Source of the DNA: Botryllus schlosseri
Lineage: Eukaryota
Reading direction: 5' to 3'
Length of the DNA: 64,000 bases
Assembly (NCBI GenBank): GCA_051294905.1
Contig: CM119378.1
Span: 14,818,001-14,882,000, forward strand
Under the pieces are notes generated by a model. It was not told where the DNA came from and ran no database searches. It was given only the letters and a program-made list of their open reading frames with translations. Below, piece after piece: positions 50,098 through 64,000 of the stretch (positions are counted from its first letter, which is position 1; the number at the start of each line of letters is the position of its first letter). Both the position numbers and the translations under genes were made by a program.

Positions 50098-53000
50098 GTA
50101 GGCAGTTCTGTACTATCATATTTGAATATGAAAATAGATATATTTGTGGTGCAATGGCCAATCCACGTCAGATGAGTTTGACGTTGACATGTATATCAGT
50201 AGTAGGTACGCGAGTGGATTTGGGGCAACATAATGTCTTCTTTTCTGAAAAAAATGCAATATTTTGCAAGAACTCCTATATCTCCATTATAATTCACCAA
50301 TCACAATGTATATGCGCTTCGCCGGAATTTACAGTTAGCACTAAATTTTTATTCTCTGGTATATTGCAGCTATTGCAACAAGACTGTGTTATGTATGGCG
50401 CAGAATAACTCACTAAATCGGTTGCATTGACAGCAGTTTCAGTCTATTCCAATTGCTTTGAACTATTGTCCAATGTTTACCGATATTGCCAGTGAAATTG
50501 AACAACATTGCCAAATTTAGCAAACCCTATATTGTGCATCATCGTTGTCTAATTAACACAAAGATGATGGCTGTGTATGCACTTCCTTACTGCGCATAAT
50601 AACAGCGAGAGGAAACAAGCTCATCGCGTTATTGTTCTCGTTGTTTATAGCCATATTCTGACTGCAGGCTTTTGAAAGCACAGAATTTCAATATTGCAGC
50701 AAGCATTCTATTCATTGTTCATTGCCAGAACATTCCTACTCGGAAGGTTTTCAACTTACTCTCGCCCGAGTAAACGTCAGTATTTGGGATTAACCAAATT
50801 CAAAACTAGTAGCATGTCTGTTGTTGTGACGTAATTATGACAAGTGCACAGATTCACAACTGCATATAACAACGAAGAGTTGAACAAATTCGGCTATGAA
50901 AAACTATTTGTAACGATTACAACTCTGACTGTCCTGTGCTCAATTCAAGGCAATTCATCTGTCGGATTTTATTTTTTGTTTTGTTGATACCCTATATTAT
51001 ATATATCATATGTATGGTTTTTAGTATGATTCCGTTGTGAAATTTACGCGGTCTTAACGCCGGTAACTACCGTTCACTCCTTTGCGAATGCACTGCATCG
51101 CACGAATTCAATTGCAGTTATCCAGCTCCAGGTATCGCGCGGTAGGTCGCGCTTCCAAAATCGACCAACAGTTTCCATTATGGCATTTAGATGTTATTTC
51201 CTGTCGCAACGTCTATTGTGACGTTTCGTTTCAGTGCGCTGTACCGCATTGTCGCATTCCCTTGAGAATTTTACGATTAATTTGTGCAGAGAAGTTTTCA
51301 GTTTTGCGCTCCATGGCTACTGATTAATGTGTCAGCGTTCGGCTTTTTGCGCTCACGGGACCGTGGTATTTCTACTGGGCGGTTACGGTCGGCATAACAT
51401 GCAATAGCTATGATTATCAGCGGCTCGCTGTTGCAGCGGTTGGGTATATTACATCGCTAGAGGCTTGTCTACGCACCGCAGCGGTTGTTGGCGCCGACGC
51501 TGTTCTCTCTGGGGTGCCGGCACGCATCTGTTGCCGTCTATGTTTGACACACCCTCAACGCAAGCTTCGTCATACGAGAATCAAGACCCCGTGCTAAAAC
51601 TTTGTTATGAGTCTTTAGCGAGTTATCGGCGCTAACGATCGATACGTCACAACGCGATTAAAAACTGCTGAAAACGGACAGCTGAGAGATTTATCTGGAA
51701 GAGGAATGCTGTCCAAAGGTTTTCAAACTGCGCGCTCAGCGGTTGCGTGTTATGATCAGTGCGAAAGCAAACGCTGAATAAATGCTTAGCCCTTAACCGT
51801 GAATAGATTCCTGGAACACGCCCATGAGACCGCCATAGTCAGTGGTGATCACGGACCGCAGTGTCACAGTCAATAATGAAATACTTCTATTTCTTGGAAC
51901 ACTCAAGTATACTTTGCCTCCCTAAACTACTGTTTGTGGGGACTACTTATAGTCTACTTTGTTTTTTTTTTTGCGTAAAACTCCATACTTTTCTCAATTT
52001 GGATTTTGAGAATAAAAATATCTAGTTTTAGGACAAGTTTGCATCACTTTTACGAGTTGAATTATCAGAAGATCCGAGTTTAATATGCACTGTAACGGGG
52101 TAACTGAATATGCTTTCGAAAATTGCAGCTGTTCGCTGAGTCATTATTAGTCATATTGTGTTAGTCGCCAAGATTCATCTTGCAAGTATGCGACCTTTTG
52201 ACGAAATCTACCTTTTTGCAAGTAGTTAAATCCTTTCAGACATTTCATTTTATAGTACCACTTGAAGTAGTTTTGACACGTCCTGGAAAATTTTACTTCT
52301 ACGCTGACTACTGCTGACCTGAATCCCCTTGACTCTGCAGTTTCTAGTTTCGCGCCATCTCGACAGAAAACGGGATAGGCCTACGCGGGGATCGAGTTAT
52401 CGGGGCTCCCCATTCGTAAGTGTCAAGTAACGCGTTTTTCCGTCAAGCTTGACATGCGACACTTTGTTGTTGATGCCTGTTCGAGTCGTGTTCAAGGATT
52501 GTTGTTTCTATCATCAAGCGCTTTGAATTCGTTTTGGTTAGGCGAAGAGCTAGGCCTGCCGTGCGTTCGTAATTGCGCTGCCGCGGCGTATTGCGCCACC
52601 GCAATTTAAAAATTCTTCGTGTAATTGTTTCGAGGCAAGTACGGGCACGTTCTCACGGCGGAATAACTTCGTCCGTTTCCTGGTTTCCTCACAAATAATG
52701 AAATTAGACTTTCCTGCAGACTTGAACAAACTGCTGGGTTTTCCATAAGCGCAACTAGAACTAGCCACTCTCAAAACTCGCAACTAGAACTGTTGGCCTG
52801 GCCTTGGAAAATCCACAACAAACTAAAACACTTCTACCAACGGATAATACCATTATACTTATTACTGAATTGCAAATGTTCTAAGTAATATTGAATATAG
52901 AATCGGCATTTCAAAATGATGTTATTACGAGTTAGATATGGGAGGGGTTTCTACCCCAATGTAGAACTAGAACTCGCTGACTTCTCGAAATCCGCCACTA

Positions 53001-56000
53001 GAATTTGAACTGAAAAATATACAAGTCAGTTGACCGTCAACTAGCTATATTGGTAGTTGCACAAGTTTCATTCGATGGTGAAACCCCATGTTTTCGCCGA
53101 TTGGAAAAGGTCTGGACAGGCTTCTTGCCCGTAAAATCGCAAATTGCTGATATCACCTCGTATAACGATGATGTCCTTATGCCAAGTGTTGTATTCCCTG
53201 ATAGTAGTTTGTACGCTGTCCTTTTTTAACGTAATGTAGGGTTGTCGCTTCCTTTTTCTGTAAGTGAGATGAGTGGTATGTTTCTCGTGCTCGAAGACTT
53301 GTAATTGCACGTTTTGGACAGGACAAAGGAAATGTAGCAATATGTTTGGTCCCGTGTGCCGAATTAATGTGTCCGCCCCGTGGTTAACTCAGTCTGGGCC
53401 ATTTAAATCTGAATTTTGTGTCTTTGATTGCGTTGTAGGATTTTGTGCTGTGGCGTGGCGGCGAATAATTGTAGTCCGCCGATAAGGTTCGGACGAAGTA
53501 TCAACATGTGCAAACTGTGCATTCTGCAGGGTCTGCATTTGTAAGTTTACACAACACACTACTATAGCGGCTGTGTGTAATGTGAGCAACACGGTGTGAT
53601 ATCATTTAGGGTCGGCAAAACCGAATCACAGCCGGCTCGGATCGAAATTCGATACCCACTGCGAATTGAATTACTATTTTGTTATTACTTTTTAATTAAC
53701 CGAAATAAGATACCAACAGCACATTAATATACATGTGTCTTGAATGCAGGAGCGCATTGTACACATAATTGTATTTTGCAATGTACGGATAATTCTGTGT
53801 TCCTACATGATTGCGTGCGCCAATGAAGTCCACTAATGTTTGAGCGCGTGATCATTCGCGTAAGTCAGTTAACATGGTTATAAGGAGCTGTCGAAGTGTC
53901 CAATCATAAACAATCTAACACCGAAAATGCGATTTTTCCCGTCGATTCACCTACGATAACTTGTCGTAGACTCTCGGCCTCGGAGTCTAGTCCTCATTCG
54001 ATCGTAAATGTCCGATTTGAATCATAGCGGATTCATAGTGGATTTGTGGAACACGAGTACCACCATCCAAAGTCATGGGATATCAATCTGGGATTTGTGA
54101 GATCGTTTAAAGATTGTAAGGAGGCGTTTTCAACAGTGAATCCACCCCTTCGTGTCGAATATTTTCGCATCCATATGGTTTTTATCGCACCGCACACTTG
54201 ATTATCCTGGTGAAGCACACACTCAATTATATCCGTTTTCGGCTTGGAATTTGAATATACCTACAACACAATTTATTTGAGCGAATATTTGCAAAACTCT
54301 GCTTCCGGTTGTTAGACCGCTGCGTATTATCGTCGTATCGGCGCGACCACCGTCAACGCTACTCCCGGCTAAGTTACCGGTATCTGCATTCTGAAATTAC
54401 AGTAACCTGATTGTTTACACCGGCTTTGGAATCTTACGCGATGAGCCGGCAATTCCGCTGGTTTTTCGCGACCTACGCGATCACCAGGCACGCGTTTCGT
54501 ATTCGGGATTTAGGACAATTCTGTTTGCTTAGCCTCTCTGCAAATAGTTTTTCTGGGGAACGGTGCCATTGGGTACCGCGGGGCCCGTATGTTTTTTGAC
54601 AGCGTGCGTTTCCCACGCCGCGTTATCGTGATTATCGGCGGTGTGCTGCAGAAACAGCCACCGGTACGATACGTGTGACGTCTTGATAGCGCCGCGATTC
54701 AAGTGCCTCTCGCCTGCTTACTATTGGTTGTGTCACTTATAATGTAAATATCTGGTACAGGGGCGAATGGCTGTTTCTATTTAGGGCTGGAAAGAATCGA
54801 GCACACAGATGCAGAGTTGGACAAATGAATAAGTAGAAAGTCTGAAGCTTTTCTAAATTATATTAGAATTACCAAATTTGAAAAAACTTGGAAATTTTAT
54901 TAAATACTGCAGTTTAACTTGATCGGAAATGATTTCATCGGCGACGAAAATTTCTCCGTCACTAACTCGCAGATTGGTGAGCATGCCGCGCTGCTAAGTG
55001 TGCTTCGAAACGGTATTGTGATGACAAGCAAATATCCCTGTATTGATAAGGTCGCTCCACGTGCTAGATGCGCAACTGCGAGTGTTTTGACAAGACCCTG
55101 CCTCGACAGAGAATTGAACATGAAATTACACCGCTATCGCATCACTCGGAAACATTTTCACCGTTTTTGTGAGTTGCCACTTTTAGCTTCGGGGTTGACT
55201 GCGCCTCAACCGCTTCAATTGTCGTTAGTTTACCGCCAATTTATCGCGCAATATCATTGCCAGTGTAATTAACCCCCGTCCATTTAGAATCATTCGTTAC
55301 ATTTAGACCTGATAGCGCGTTGTCCGCGTACTGTCTATTCATCGGCGGGGCGTTGCGCTTATTAATCGATGTCGGTAATGAAATCGGGCGCTGCCTGTCA
55401 TGGTTGGCGGTAAAGTATTGAGAGCATGTTGACTTGTACAGATGTACACACTTAGAGGTGAACTTCACGCGTTGAACAACCATTAAAGCCAGAGCTAACG
55501 CGAAGTGGCCCTCGAAATCGCGTTGCCCTGACGCCTGGTAGCGTTTTACATCGGCGGGCTTGCGTTACGAGCCTCTTCAAGGCTTTGTTTGTTTTCCGAG
55601 TGTTCTCCGCTCCGCTTACACCCACTCGGGAAGTTGTCAGCTTGCTCCGAATGTTCGTTTAGCCCGGTGTAAACAAGCTTTTTAAGCGTTATGAGCTTGA
55701 TTTCGCGTCTTGAATTACAATTTTCTGCAGTCCGACCGCTCTACGCGAACTGTCATTTAACCGCGCGACAGACCGTAATTAATACAGCACCGTTTGGATG
55801 CAGGAAATAGGGCGATATTGTTTCTTGAATGCGCACGGAAACGCGTCTTTATAGCGTGTCGTTACGCTGGTTTCAGTTGCGATCTATGCCAGTGCTGTCG
55901 GCGATATTCAAACGGAGGCTTCGGGGTGTATTTTTTTAAAATCTCGGATTATTCCGACTCGCGTTCGCGTAAGCTGCCCACAGTGCCCAGCAGTGATCGA

Positions 56001-56807
56001 AGCATAGTCTGCATTCCTGCACAATTTAAATTATAGTCAAGAAATAGCGATTGGCAAGATGTACCAAATCTACTTTAATTAGTAGCATACAGGCTATACA
56101 GCGATAGCTCTGATAAGTGCTCAAATAGGGGCACCTTGTGAGAACAAAATATTCAGTTGCCATGACACAGGCTGTTTCGGTTAGTTAATTTGACTCTAAC
56201 ACACACAAAATCTACTGCGTTAAGCAATAAGTAGCATTGCTAAAAATCGCCAAGTAGAAGTTGAAGTAGCCTGAAAGCATACTCAATTGAATGTCCGAAA
56301 AAGTAGTGGTTCTTCGTTACTGAGCGCGTCTGAAACTATCGTTTCGCGCCCGTGCTCTGATTGATTCGCGAGCTAAATGCTCTTTCATGGGTGGATGAAT
56401 AGGGCGGCTTAACCAGACATCCGCGCTAATCGGTTTGGTCTTATTGCTTTTCGCTCTGCCAACAAAATTTATTGCTGACGCGCACCTTGCGCGCTGCTGC
56501 AATCGACGGTCGCGGCCGCCGGCTTCCTGTTTTGAACCTATTCACGGCTAGGGTCTAAAGCCAAAGAGTTTTTGTGTCGGTGATTTGACAGGTCACCGGC
56601 GCACGCGGCCTTTGTGCGTTTGAATAATGATTGGTGTGACAGCGCCGCTACAATATATTCCACCATCGATTCAGTATAGAGGTCATGACTCGCTCTGCTG
56701 CACCGTGTACAACGCGCTAGAATAGTTGTAGTGTGAGGTATTCATAGTGTTTGTCGATTACTATGGTCATTTGCACTAAGCCAATTTTCTTCATTTTTAT
56801 TCAGTAG

Positions 56808-56960
56808 CTGCCGACTTGTAGCGCGGCCCACTTCTAGGCTGTTTATAAGTCATCGCTTACACGGATGATATGGCGAGGAGCCTAGATAAACCTCCAACAC
56901 TTAGGTAGGAATTCTGGAGTCGACCTCGGTCGGACTCGAACCCGCAACCGATCTCGCCGC
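56808..56960 (-). mobile_element. tRNA-derived SINE, family B, with deletion in the head
   Basis: CTGCCGACTTGTAGC..CCTAGATAAAC..GGTAGGAATTC..GACTCGAACCCGCAA shared with 32516-32706. Confidence 0.75.
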
Positions 56961-57314
56961 ATCACTAGAATAGTGAATACCCGGGTAATGCTTGCTTCAT
57001 ATTTATTTTGATTTTCGAGAACAGAACATCGTTTATAGGAAAGTGACAATTTCAGAGCTGGCTTCGGAAACTAGGAACTTAGTGAACGTTTGCACTTGTA
57101 ATCAAAGTAGTCACCGTTGTGCTCTCACCGTTGTGCTCGAGTAGAATTCGTAAATTTCTACTCAGTACATGAAGTGACGGTTTCCAAGCAACTAAAAAGT
57201 GGTATTCCGGGCCCGGTCTCGTCAAAAGTAATGAAACCGATTCAGATCGAGAGTCAAACAACTTATCTGTCAATATTATCTTCAAATTTCACTGTCATCC
57301 CCATAAGATTATTT

Positions 57315-57475
57315 AGCTGTCTACAAAAACGATGCAAAACAAATTTGACGCAATTCCAACCCGCACAAGCGAAGTTATTTCGGCTGAAAGTTTTGTATTT
57401 GCAAAAATAGCATAGAGACTCTTGTACGGGTTGGAATTGCGTCAAATTTGTTTTGCATCGTTTTTGTAGACAGCT
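57315..57475. repeat. Long inverted repeat, 55-bp arms with a 51-bp spacer
   Basis: 57315-57369 is the reverse complement of 57421-57475 with one mismatch. Confidence 0.9.
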
Positions 57476-59822
57476 CAATAATATCATGTTTTTTGTTTTT
57501 TTTTAATTTCACGTTTTTCATAGTAAATTCGAAAATTTCAATTGGCTCTGTCTGCGTCGGCATATACTGGTTGGAATTGAGTCCAATGTGGTTAGTGTGC
57601 AGCGTTTTAGGCAACCTAACAATTTAACTCGTGAATGCCCGGGATCCGGAAAAAAGTCATTTTTGAACAACCCTGCTGTGCACAATGATGCGATGCGAGT
57701 ACTCGAATCCGAACCCAATCGAGTAATAATTCCAACGGTTCGAGTCGAGTTATTGTAAGGCGTTTTTTTTCGGATTCTTAAATTATACGACCCTTGCTAA
57801 TGCTACTACGAGTCGTTTTATCAACGAGAATTATAGTTTTGGTATTCTCTTCTCGCCGAGCAGCCACCCCAGCGTCCAATGTGCGCACGTTAGCGTAACC
57901 AAGACGATTGACCCGCAGAATTGTCATTAAATCTCATGAGACAGATGTGGTCGTAAAATAGTACATATTCTTTACTCGCTGGCATTATTAAACGGCACTT
58001 CTTGGACTTTCCGAGTCGTTCGTACTATTATAACGCCATACTGAGTGATAACCGAAGACTCGATTCGAAGCCTATTGGTTGATTCGGGATCGAATCACTC
58101 AGATTGTTACCAATTCCGCACTTGGCGAATTTGACATTTTAGAAATGTAATAACTATCAATAATATTGATAAGGAAGCGTTGCGTCAATATTGTTTTAAT
58201 AAATTCGAAAATGAATGTTTCACCGAATAGGAGTGTGAATTTTGATATATGGCACTTCCAGAATTCGGCGTGTTGAGTTCGGCACTCGGCGTTGGGTATG
58301 GAAGTATTAAGGTATTCGGGTTAGCGATTATGCCCAGGATTAGCAGGAGGGATTAGGGGCCGACGAGTGCAGATTGCGCCAAATGCCGAATTCACAGATA
58401 TCCGTTAAAGCACTCGATTTTGCCGATCCCTGTGGTATTTGTTGCTGTAAAATCATTTGGCGCATTTACTTTCGTAAAATCCAATTTGTGTTCGTTCGTG
58501 TTTACTCACCGGCGTCCCCGGGTATTTTGAACTTACGCCGCGCCCATGACAACAGCCGACAAACCCGTCTTCAACGCCCGAGTTCGTGTACCGCTCAATC
58601 CAGAAATCCACACAGCCTCTCGAATTTCGCCTTTTGTACGCTTTCGAAACGTCAGCTGATCGCTCCGTCCCATTCAATACCGCCGCGATTTACTACGAAA
58701 GTTAACCAATTCGCTTTGTTTGCTCGCAGCGATAGGCATAGCGCGGTTACTCGCGGCGATTGGCGAACCGCGCCGGGCGTCGCGCGGGTCAAGCGCATTC
58801 GAATGATGCCGACAGCCAAAGTTTACGCGGTATCCACGGGTTACGGTTCCCACGGTGGAAGCAGAACGGCGTGGTAGACGCTACTCTGCCGGGCGGCGTT
58901 GTTGGATACGCTGTGGTCGAGCGTGTGTTTTTTTACAAAAAAAATAGCGTGTTGTTTGCGTCGCGATCGTTTCCATGTGCGGATTATGCTTGGCGAAACA
59001 CTTGTGGCTTGTCGCTGCCTTGGATTTACGCGGCTCTTGACACGACCGTATCTACTCAGCGGGCGTTTGCCCACTCGGCGGAAGTGCGATTATGTTTTGT
59101 TTTTTTGGATTCGTGACGCGGTTTGGTGGGGGTGTTACGAGCGGCGTGTATGTATGTTCGTTCGAATGCACCGCTCGCTGCTGGCTGTTGAAGTGGGCTG
59201 TTCGTTGCGATTTTCGCAGTGTCATAACTGCAAAGGCCACTCATCCACTCTTAAATTGCGTTGCAATTTGCAATTTCGTTTGCATTCGACTCTATTTTAT
59301 TTCCTATATCGTCTAGGTACATTCAACTCTTGATAAGAGACTCGCGAAAAGTCTTCGAGTTGATCGAAGTTATCATGAACGTACTTTGAAAGCTTTATTC
59401 AAATTACAGTACCGGTGTATCGCAAGGTTACCCGAGTTTCCTGCCAACATCCATATTTTCGGGGCCAAGATCTTGACTATGATAACTTATTAACTAATAA
59501 ACTAGTTATCGTATAGAGCCCGGTATTGTATGTTCACTGTTCAGCTATGTCGCGATTTACGATCTCACCGTGTTGATATTTGTCTTGAAGGAAGTCCGTA
59601 TCGAAACAACAGTTGTGCGTGAACTGGCGCTGGTTCGTGAACTAACACAAGATATTTGAACTAGAGTCCGTACAGGGCTATAACGCTCCTCGCTAGTATT
59701 GAGCTAATATCATAATGATATCGTGATGAAGTCCACCTCCGGCCTTACTGTTGTTAAAAACTTGTCTTATCGCAAAAATTGGCTCGAAGTGCTTCTTGGA
59801 GGTACAGAACTTGAATATGCAA

Positions 59823-59907
59823 TTGAATAGTATATTCATATTAAAATAAACCCGAATATTCGGGCCGAAAATATTCGGGTTTATTTCAATATGAATATAC
59901 TATTCAA
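59823..59907. repeat. Near-perfect palindrome, 38-bp arms with a 9-nt loop
   Basis: 59823-59860 versus 59870-59907, one mismatch. Confidence 0.9.
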
Positions 59908-62078
59908 AAATTGGCTCGTGTGCAATACTGGGCCACGTGGCGAGTCGTGTCTATATTTATCTTTCGAGTATAACTTGCCATTCAATTCATCGGCGTTCCG
60001 TTTTACAACTGTATTCGGTAATCAGCAGTCGGACATACGCAGTGACATTGATTAACGCATTTAAAACACCGACACCGGCTATTCGACCCGTACTGCGCAG
60101 ATGATCATTTCGTTTGGGTAGATTCCGTTTACGCTGACACGGCGCACGTTAGCGACGGTAACGGGCGGATATCCGTCCGTTTGTGGGGGAAGTCACTAGG
60201 AAATGGAGCGGGACACGGTTGTAGATTTGAAAAAATCGATTGCCAATTTTTCAATTTCGTATTTCCACGCCCACGTCTCGCCTCCTGCTTTTCAGAAGTC
60301 GACCCGCCCAAAGCCGCGAAGCTTCAGAAGCCTACAGAAACGTGAAGAGTTCTCGAAGTCGTGCGATCGCGTGTGTCTGAGACATGTAAGTCGCGTCGAT
60401 TTAAAGTCGCTGCACCTTTTATTTTAGCCGCTGTTCTTTTCCAGTGTACGATGCAGTGACGAGGGTATCGCTACTGTGAAGATATCTATCTAGCACATAT
60501 TGAAAAGGTGGCGGTTACGTCACGATGACGCGGCCGCCACGGTCTGTTATATCGTAACGAATCAACGAGAGTCGGTGATAATAATAATCAGCCATTTTTG
60601 TTTCTTAGATCTGTAATCTTTGTATATGGTATCAAACTCTGTGATTTAAGAGTCCTTTATTGTAACGTCAGTATTCGATGTCCTCAATACGACGCGATGC
60701 GCGCGCGCCATACCCGGCGATCGCGCGGAAGGCGCAATTCCCCCCGCGACGCGGTGTTTCTTATCGTCAATACCACGATTTGTCAAAAACCTGTTTGCGG
60801 TGATACATGCGCCGCGTTGAAACCGTACTTGCGCGACGCGCCTCCGTAATCGTTACGTCCCAATCATTGTTACGGTGTGTTTTGATATCTTTTGTATGTC
60901 CGGTTCCGGGTGTGAAATCACTTTTACAACTACCCATCTACGCACTCAGGGACGACGCGTATAGCGCGCCTTAATGTTTCAATGTGACGACATAATCTCG
61001 GTGTAACCTCAGGTGTAGTGTGCTTGTCGTATTCCGTCTAAATTCTTGTTTGGTGGTTTTGGCCTACGGTGCGCAGACTTGGACAATGGACTTCTAGATA
61101 ATTCTAATTTTAATTCTAATCTAATTTGTTGATACAATTACCATACTCGGATTTGATATGAACTGAACTTGATTTTTGTTTTACTTCTGTCGCAAATTCA
61201 GTATTTCTAGTTGTAATCTAATTTGGCAAAATTGCGAAGCTAGTGATCTAATTCCAATGTAATTTGGAGAAGCTGAAATTTTCTAGTTGTCCTAATCTGG
61301 GCGCGCCAAATTGACACCCTCTACCGAGCTACGTTGATTGCGAATTATGATATTTAGTCCAGTTGTCCATGTGCGGTATTTCAGAAGCTAACCGGAATTG
61401 GTGTATTAGCGTTGTCGGTGCTGCGCTAGTTTTTAAATTTGATTTACCACCCCGGGCTTTATTTGGAACTGGTTTGATTTTAAATTAGCGCCCCGTTGTC
61501 GCATTTATCACGAAAAAGCACTCTTAACACTGTGCTCGGTGTGTGGCGGTGTGGTGTGGTTGGGATTTGGTGTAACGGTTGAGGTGCTTGGATGGGTTTC
61601 TTGGGTTTGGTCGCCTTACGCCGTTCCGTCCTTGTCTTGTTGATAGTTCTTTCGCACGAGTTCAAGTAATGTTATCGATTTTGGCGGCGCCGCGCACGCA
61701 GGCTTGCGTTTAAAAAATACTCATCGTGGGGCCAAGGGATGAATATAACGTCACGGTGACGCGTCGCCGGCACTAACCCCGACTCTTCATCGCCCCTTCC
61801 CCCGATACGATCCCTTGTGGATGATATCACGATAACCTATTGTTCCTCACGTCTTTTTTGTTGTGTCGTTGATGCCTCTGTTTTGCGATTGCAATGTTTA
61901 CGCACGAAGAATTATAATAAATTATAAAACTAACATAGTAAATGAAATTCTATATAAGAATTTAACTAGAATATATCTTTCTTTTGTCGCCTTTTTCTTT
62001 AAATATCTTTCATTTTACCGGTGTCTTGATGTAGCCCTGCCGGTGCGTACAGACTCTAGCCCTGGTGAGTGTTTAAAC

Positions 62079-62443
62079 CAGAGGTTTCCAACGTTTTTTA
62101 CACCTTGGCTCCCTTTAAAAATTTTGAAATCCATGCCCTCTATTAATTTAGCCTTTTCGAAAAATGAAGAAATATGTAATTTATACCGTGAACCGGTAGT
62201 AACTATGATAAAATGATATCAATACAACACACCATAAACGGAATAGTACATTAATAAATTGTTTCATGTACAGTTAATGTCATTGTTTTTGCTCTGACAA
62301 TGTCTTAATTGCTGGTTTGGTGGTGCAAGGAAGAAAGTAAGCTCATGAACAAGAAGCAGCTTATTGCTGTACTAGTATTTTTATTAAATTTGAATTTATT
62401 TCCTCTGTTAAGATGGAGTAAACTTCCGAGTTGGGAACCTCTG
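62079..62443. mobile_element. hAT-type MITE
   Basis: TIR CAGAGGTTTCCAAC / GTTGGGAACCTCTG, with degenerate 8-bp TSD GTTTAAAC/GTTCAAAA. Confidence 0.6.
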
Positions 62444-63881
62444 GTTCAAAATATTGACGGATTCCGTGTGTCCGCAAGCCAGCCGCTGGCCAGCCCGCTG
62501 GAAAATTTTTGCGGCACGGAATACGTTGTTCCGTTTCGCCCCTTATTTATTCAACTGCATCGACGCATGGTCGCCAATAAATAATGATGAATCTTGTACC
62601 GTACGCTTGTGGTATTGTGTTTTTTCCGCTGCACATAAGCACTGAGCAGGCGTTTGCTTCGATGTGCGGCGGTTTCCGCTCAGGTAGACAACAACGTGCT
62701 GCTTATTTGTGCAGTTAACGTGCGATTCCGGTCTCAGGCAATGCAGCGCGTGGTTGTAGGCAGTTATGTATCTTGGCTTTGCTGCAGTCACATCCTGTGG
62801 TTTGTGTTTACCGAACGCTGCAAGCATCAGGAATGCGCGATGCACTATTTTCGGCGAGCAGAGCCGTCTAGTAGAAGAGCGTTTTGAGATTTGGCTTACC
62901 TTGTCATCGGGGATTGATCATTGTTTGTAATTAATTTTGTAACGTGATGCGTTGTTAGAACGCAACCTGCGCTCACAAAGGCTGAAGGCAAAGCATCGTC
63001 TTGGTGACGCAGCAATTCGAGTTGAAGGAAGCGATGCGTGTCTGGACCGTAACCTGTTACCTAACAACATAGGGTAGACATCACGCTTGGTTGGTGTCCC
63101 ACATCGTTAGCCTACGCTGCAGACTGCATCTGTTTTTCAGATGCGGATCTAAATTTTTAGCGGCAAATATTCGGCTCTATTACGCCTCTTGGCGGAGCAG
63201 CGTTTGTGGCCTTGCTTTTTTCGGCAAGTGTCTCCAGAGGTGATCAAAGAAATCAGCTTTGGTACTGAAATACAAGTAACGACTAAATTTCTACTGGATT
63301 AAAAGTAGAAGTAGCAATTTCCATGACATGTCAAAGTTACTTCACGTGGAAGTAGAAATTGAAGAGTGACCAATCAATTTCAAAAAGTAGATTTCGTCGG
63401 ATAGTTTTAGCAGGTAAGGTGGCGACAATGATCGACAATCGAGTTATATTTTCATCTGAAGACACACACAACTGGGTTTGCATTTGAAACAAACGGTGTT
63501 TTAAAACACTTTGTATAAAAGTGTTTTAAACAAATGCCTTTTTGAAAAAATTATCATTTTTTTCAAACGTCAAATTATGTCATAATTGTGTAAATAGGGC
63601 CGAAAAACCATGTAGTATGAGCCTACTGACGATTCGCACCCAAATAGTCGGCGTATACGATGTACCATGTGGGGTAGCTGGACTCCTCGAAATCTTCGTC
63701 GGTTCAACAGTTTTTGCACATCGATATGGATCGTTGGTACGGAATGGGTGTTCTGACGGTGATAATGACCGCTGACCGTAAAATGCTGCATAACGATGTA
63801 GTCCTGGTAAAAGATATTTTTTATCTGTTTATGACAGTGATCAGAAGTCTTTTTCGTCAAGGAGGCACATTTACTCTATAT

Positions 63882-64000
63882 TAGGGTTGCCATACGTCCG
63901 GAATTTCCCGGACATGTCCGGAATTTCACTGAAAAATCTGCGTCCGGGAGGAATTTCTAAAATATGCCCAAATGTCCGGAATTTTGAAGGCTTGAAGCAG
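63882..64000. mobile_element. Start of a related hAT-type element, truncated by the window end
   Basis: TAGGGTTGCCATACGTCC followed by GTCCGGAATTT subterminal repeats. Confidence 0.65.

Noticed and set aside
50098-50408. C-terminal half of the 258-aa ORF 49632-50408
   Set aside because: The sequence after the donor at 50097 is AT-rich and intron-like, with no CKI features
50380-52370. Candidate second exons for the CDK inhibitor (acceptors near 50370, 51117, 52340)
   Set aside because: None gives a recognisable QT/PCNA-binding or NLS motif, so I cannot choose among them without RNA data
53303-53325. miR-92/25-like seed AATTGCAC
   Set aside because: The flanks do not form a convincing precursor hairpin
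58374-59333. Overlapping ORFs of 118-167 aa
   Set aside because: No recognisable domain or convincing exon boundaries; expected by chance in GC-rich sequence

Overview
Eukaryotic (animal) genomic DNA with compact, short-intron genes, all on the + strand. It looks like an invertebrate deuterostome, possibly an ascidian, but that is inference only. I assembled spliced models by hand and checked exon phases. In order: Dispatched (8 coding exons, 2168-12361), intronless VPS28 (14938-15570), a GALNT11-like GalNAc-transferase (13 exons, 16651-24295), Pumilio (19 coding exons, 37940-46088) and the first coding exon of a Cip/Kip CDK inhibitor (49662-50097). About 14 kb without a recognisable gene follows. 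The main find is at 26.7-29.7 kb: a spliced non-coding gene that is a decayed tandem duplicate of Pumilio. It shares Pumilio's promoter motifs, first donor and several exon remnants, and carries six intronic C/D-box snoRNAs. Four are tandem copies of a U18-like guide, one is U95-like and one is U62-like. Pumilio's own introns hold a U62-like, a U26-like and an orphan snoRNA, plus decayed remnants of the U18-like and U95-like ones. The snoRNA cargo therefore appears to have been divided between a coding parent and a non-coding daughter. Many MITEs, SINEs, a LINE 3' end and a foldback-type element are also present. rRNA targets and snoRNA family names come from my recall of human/eukaryotic sequences and need confirming by search.
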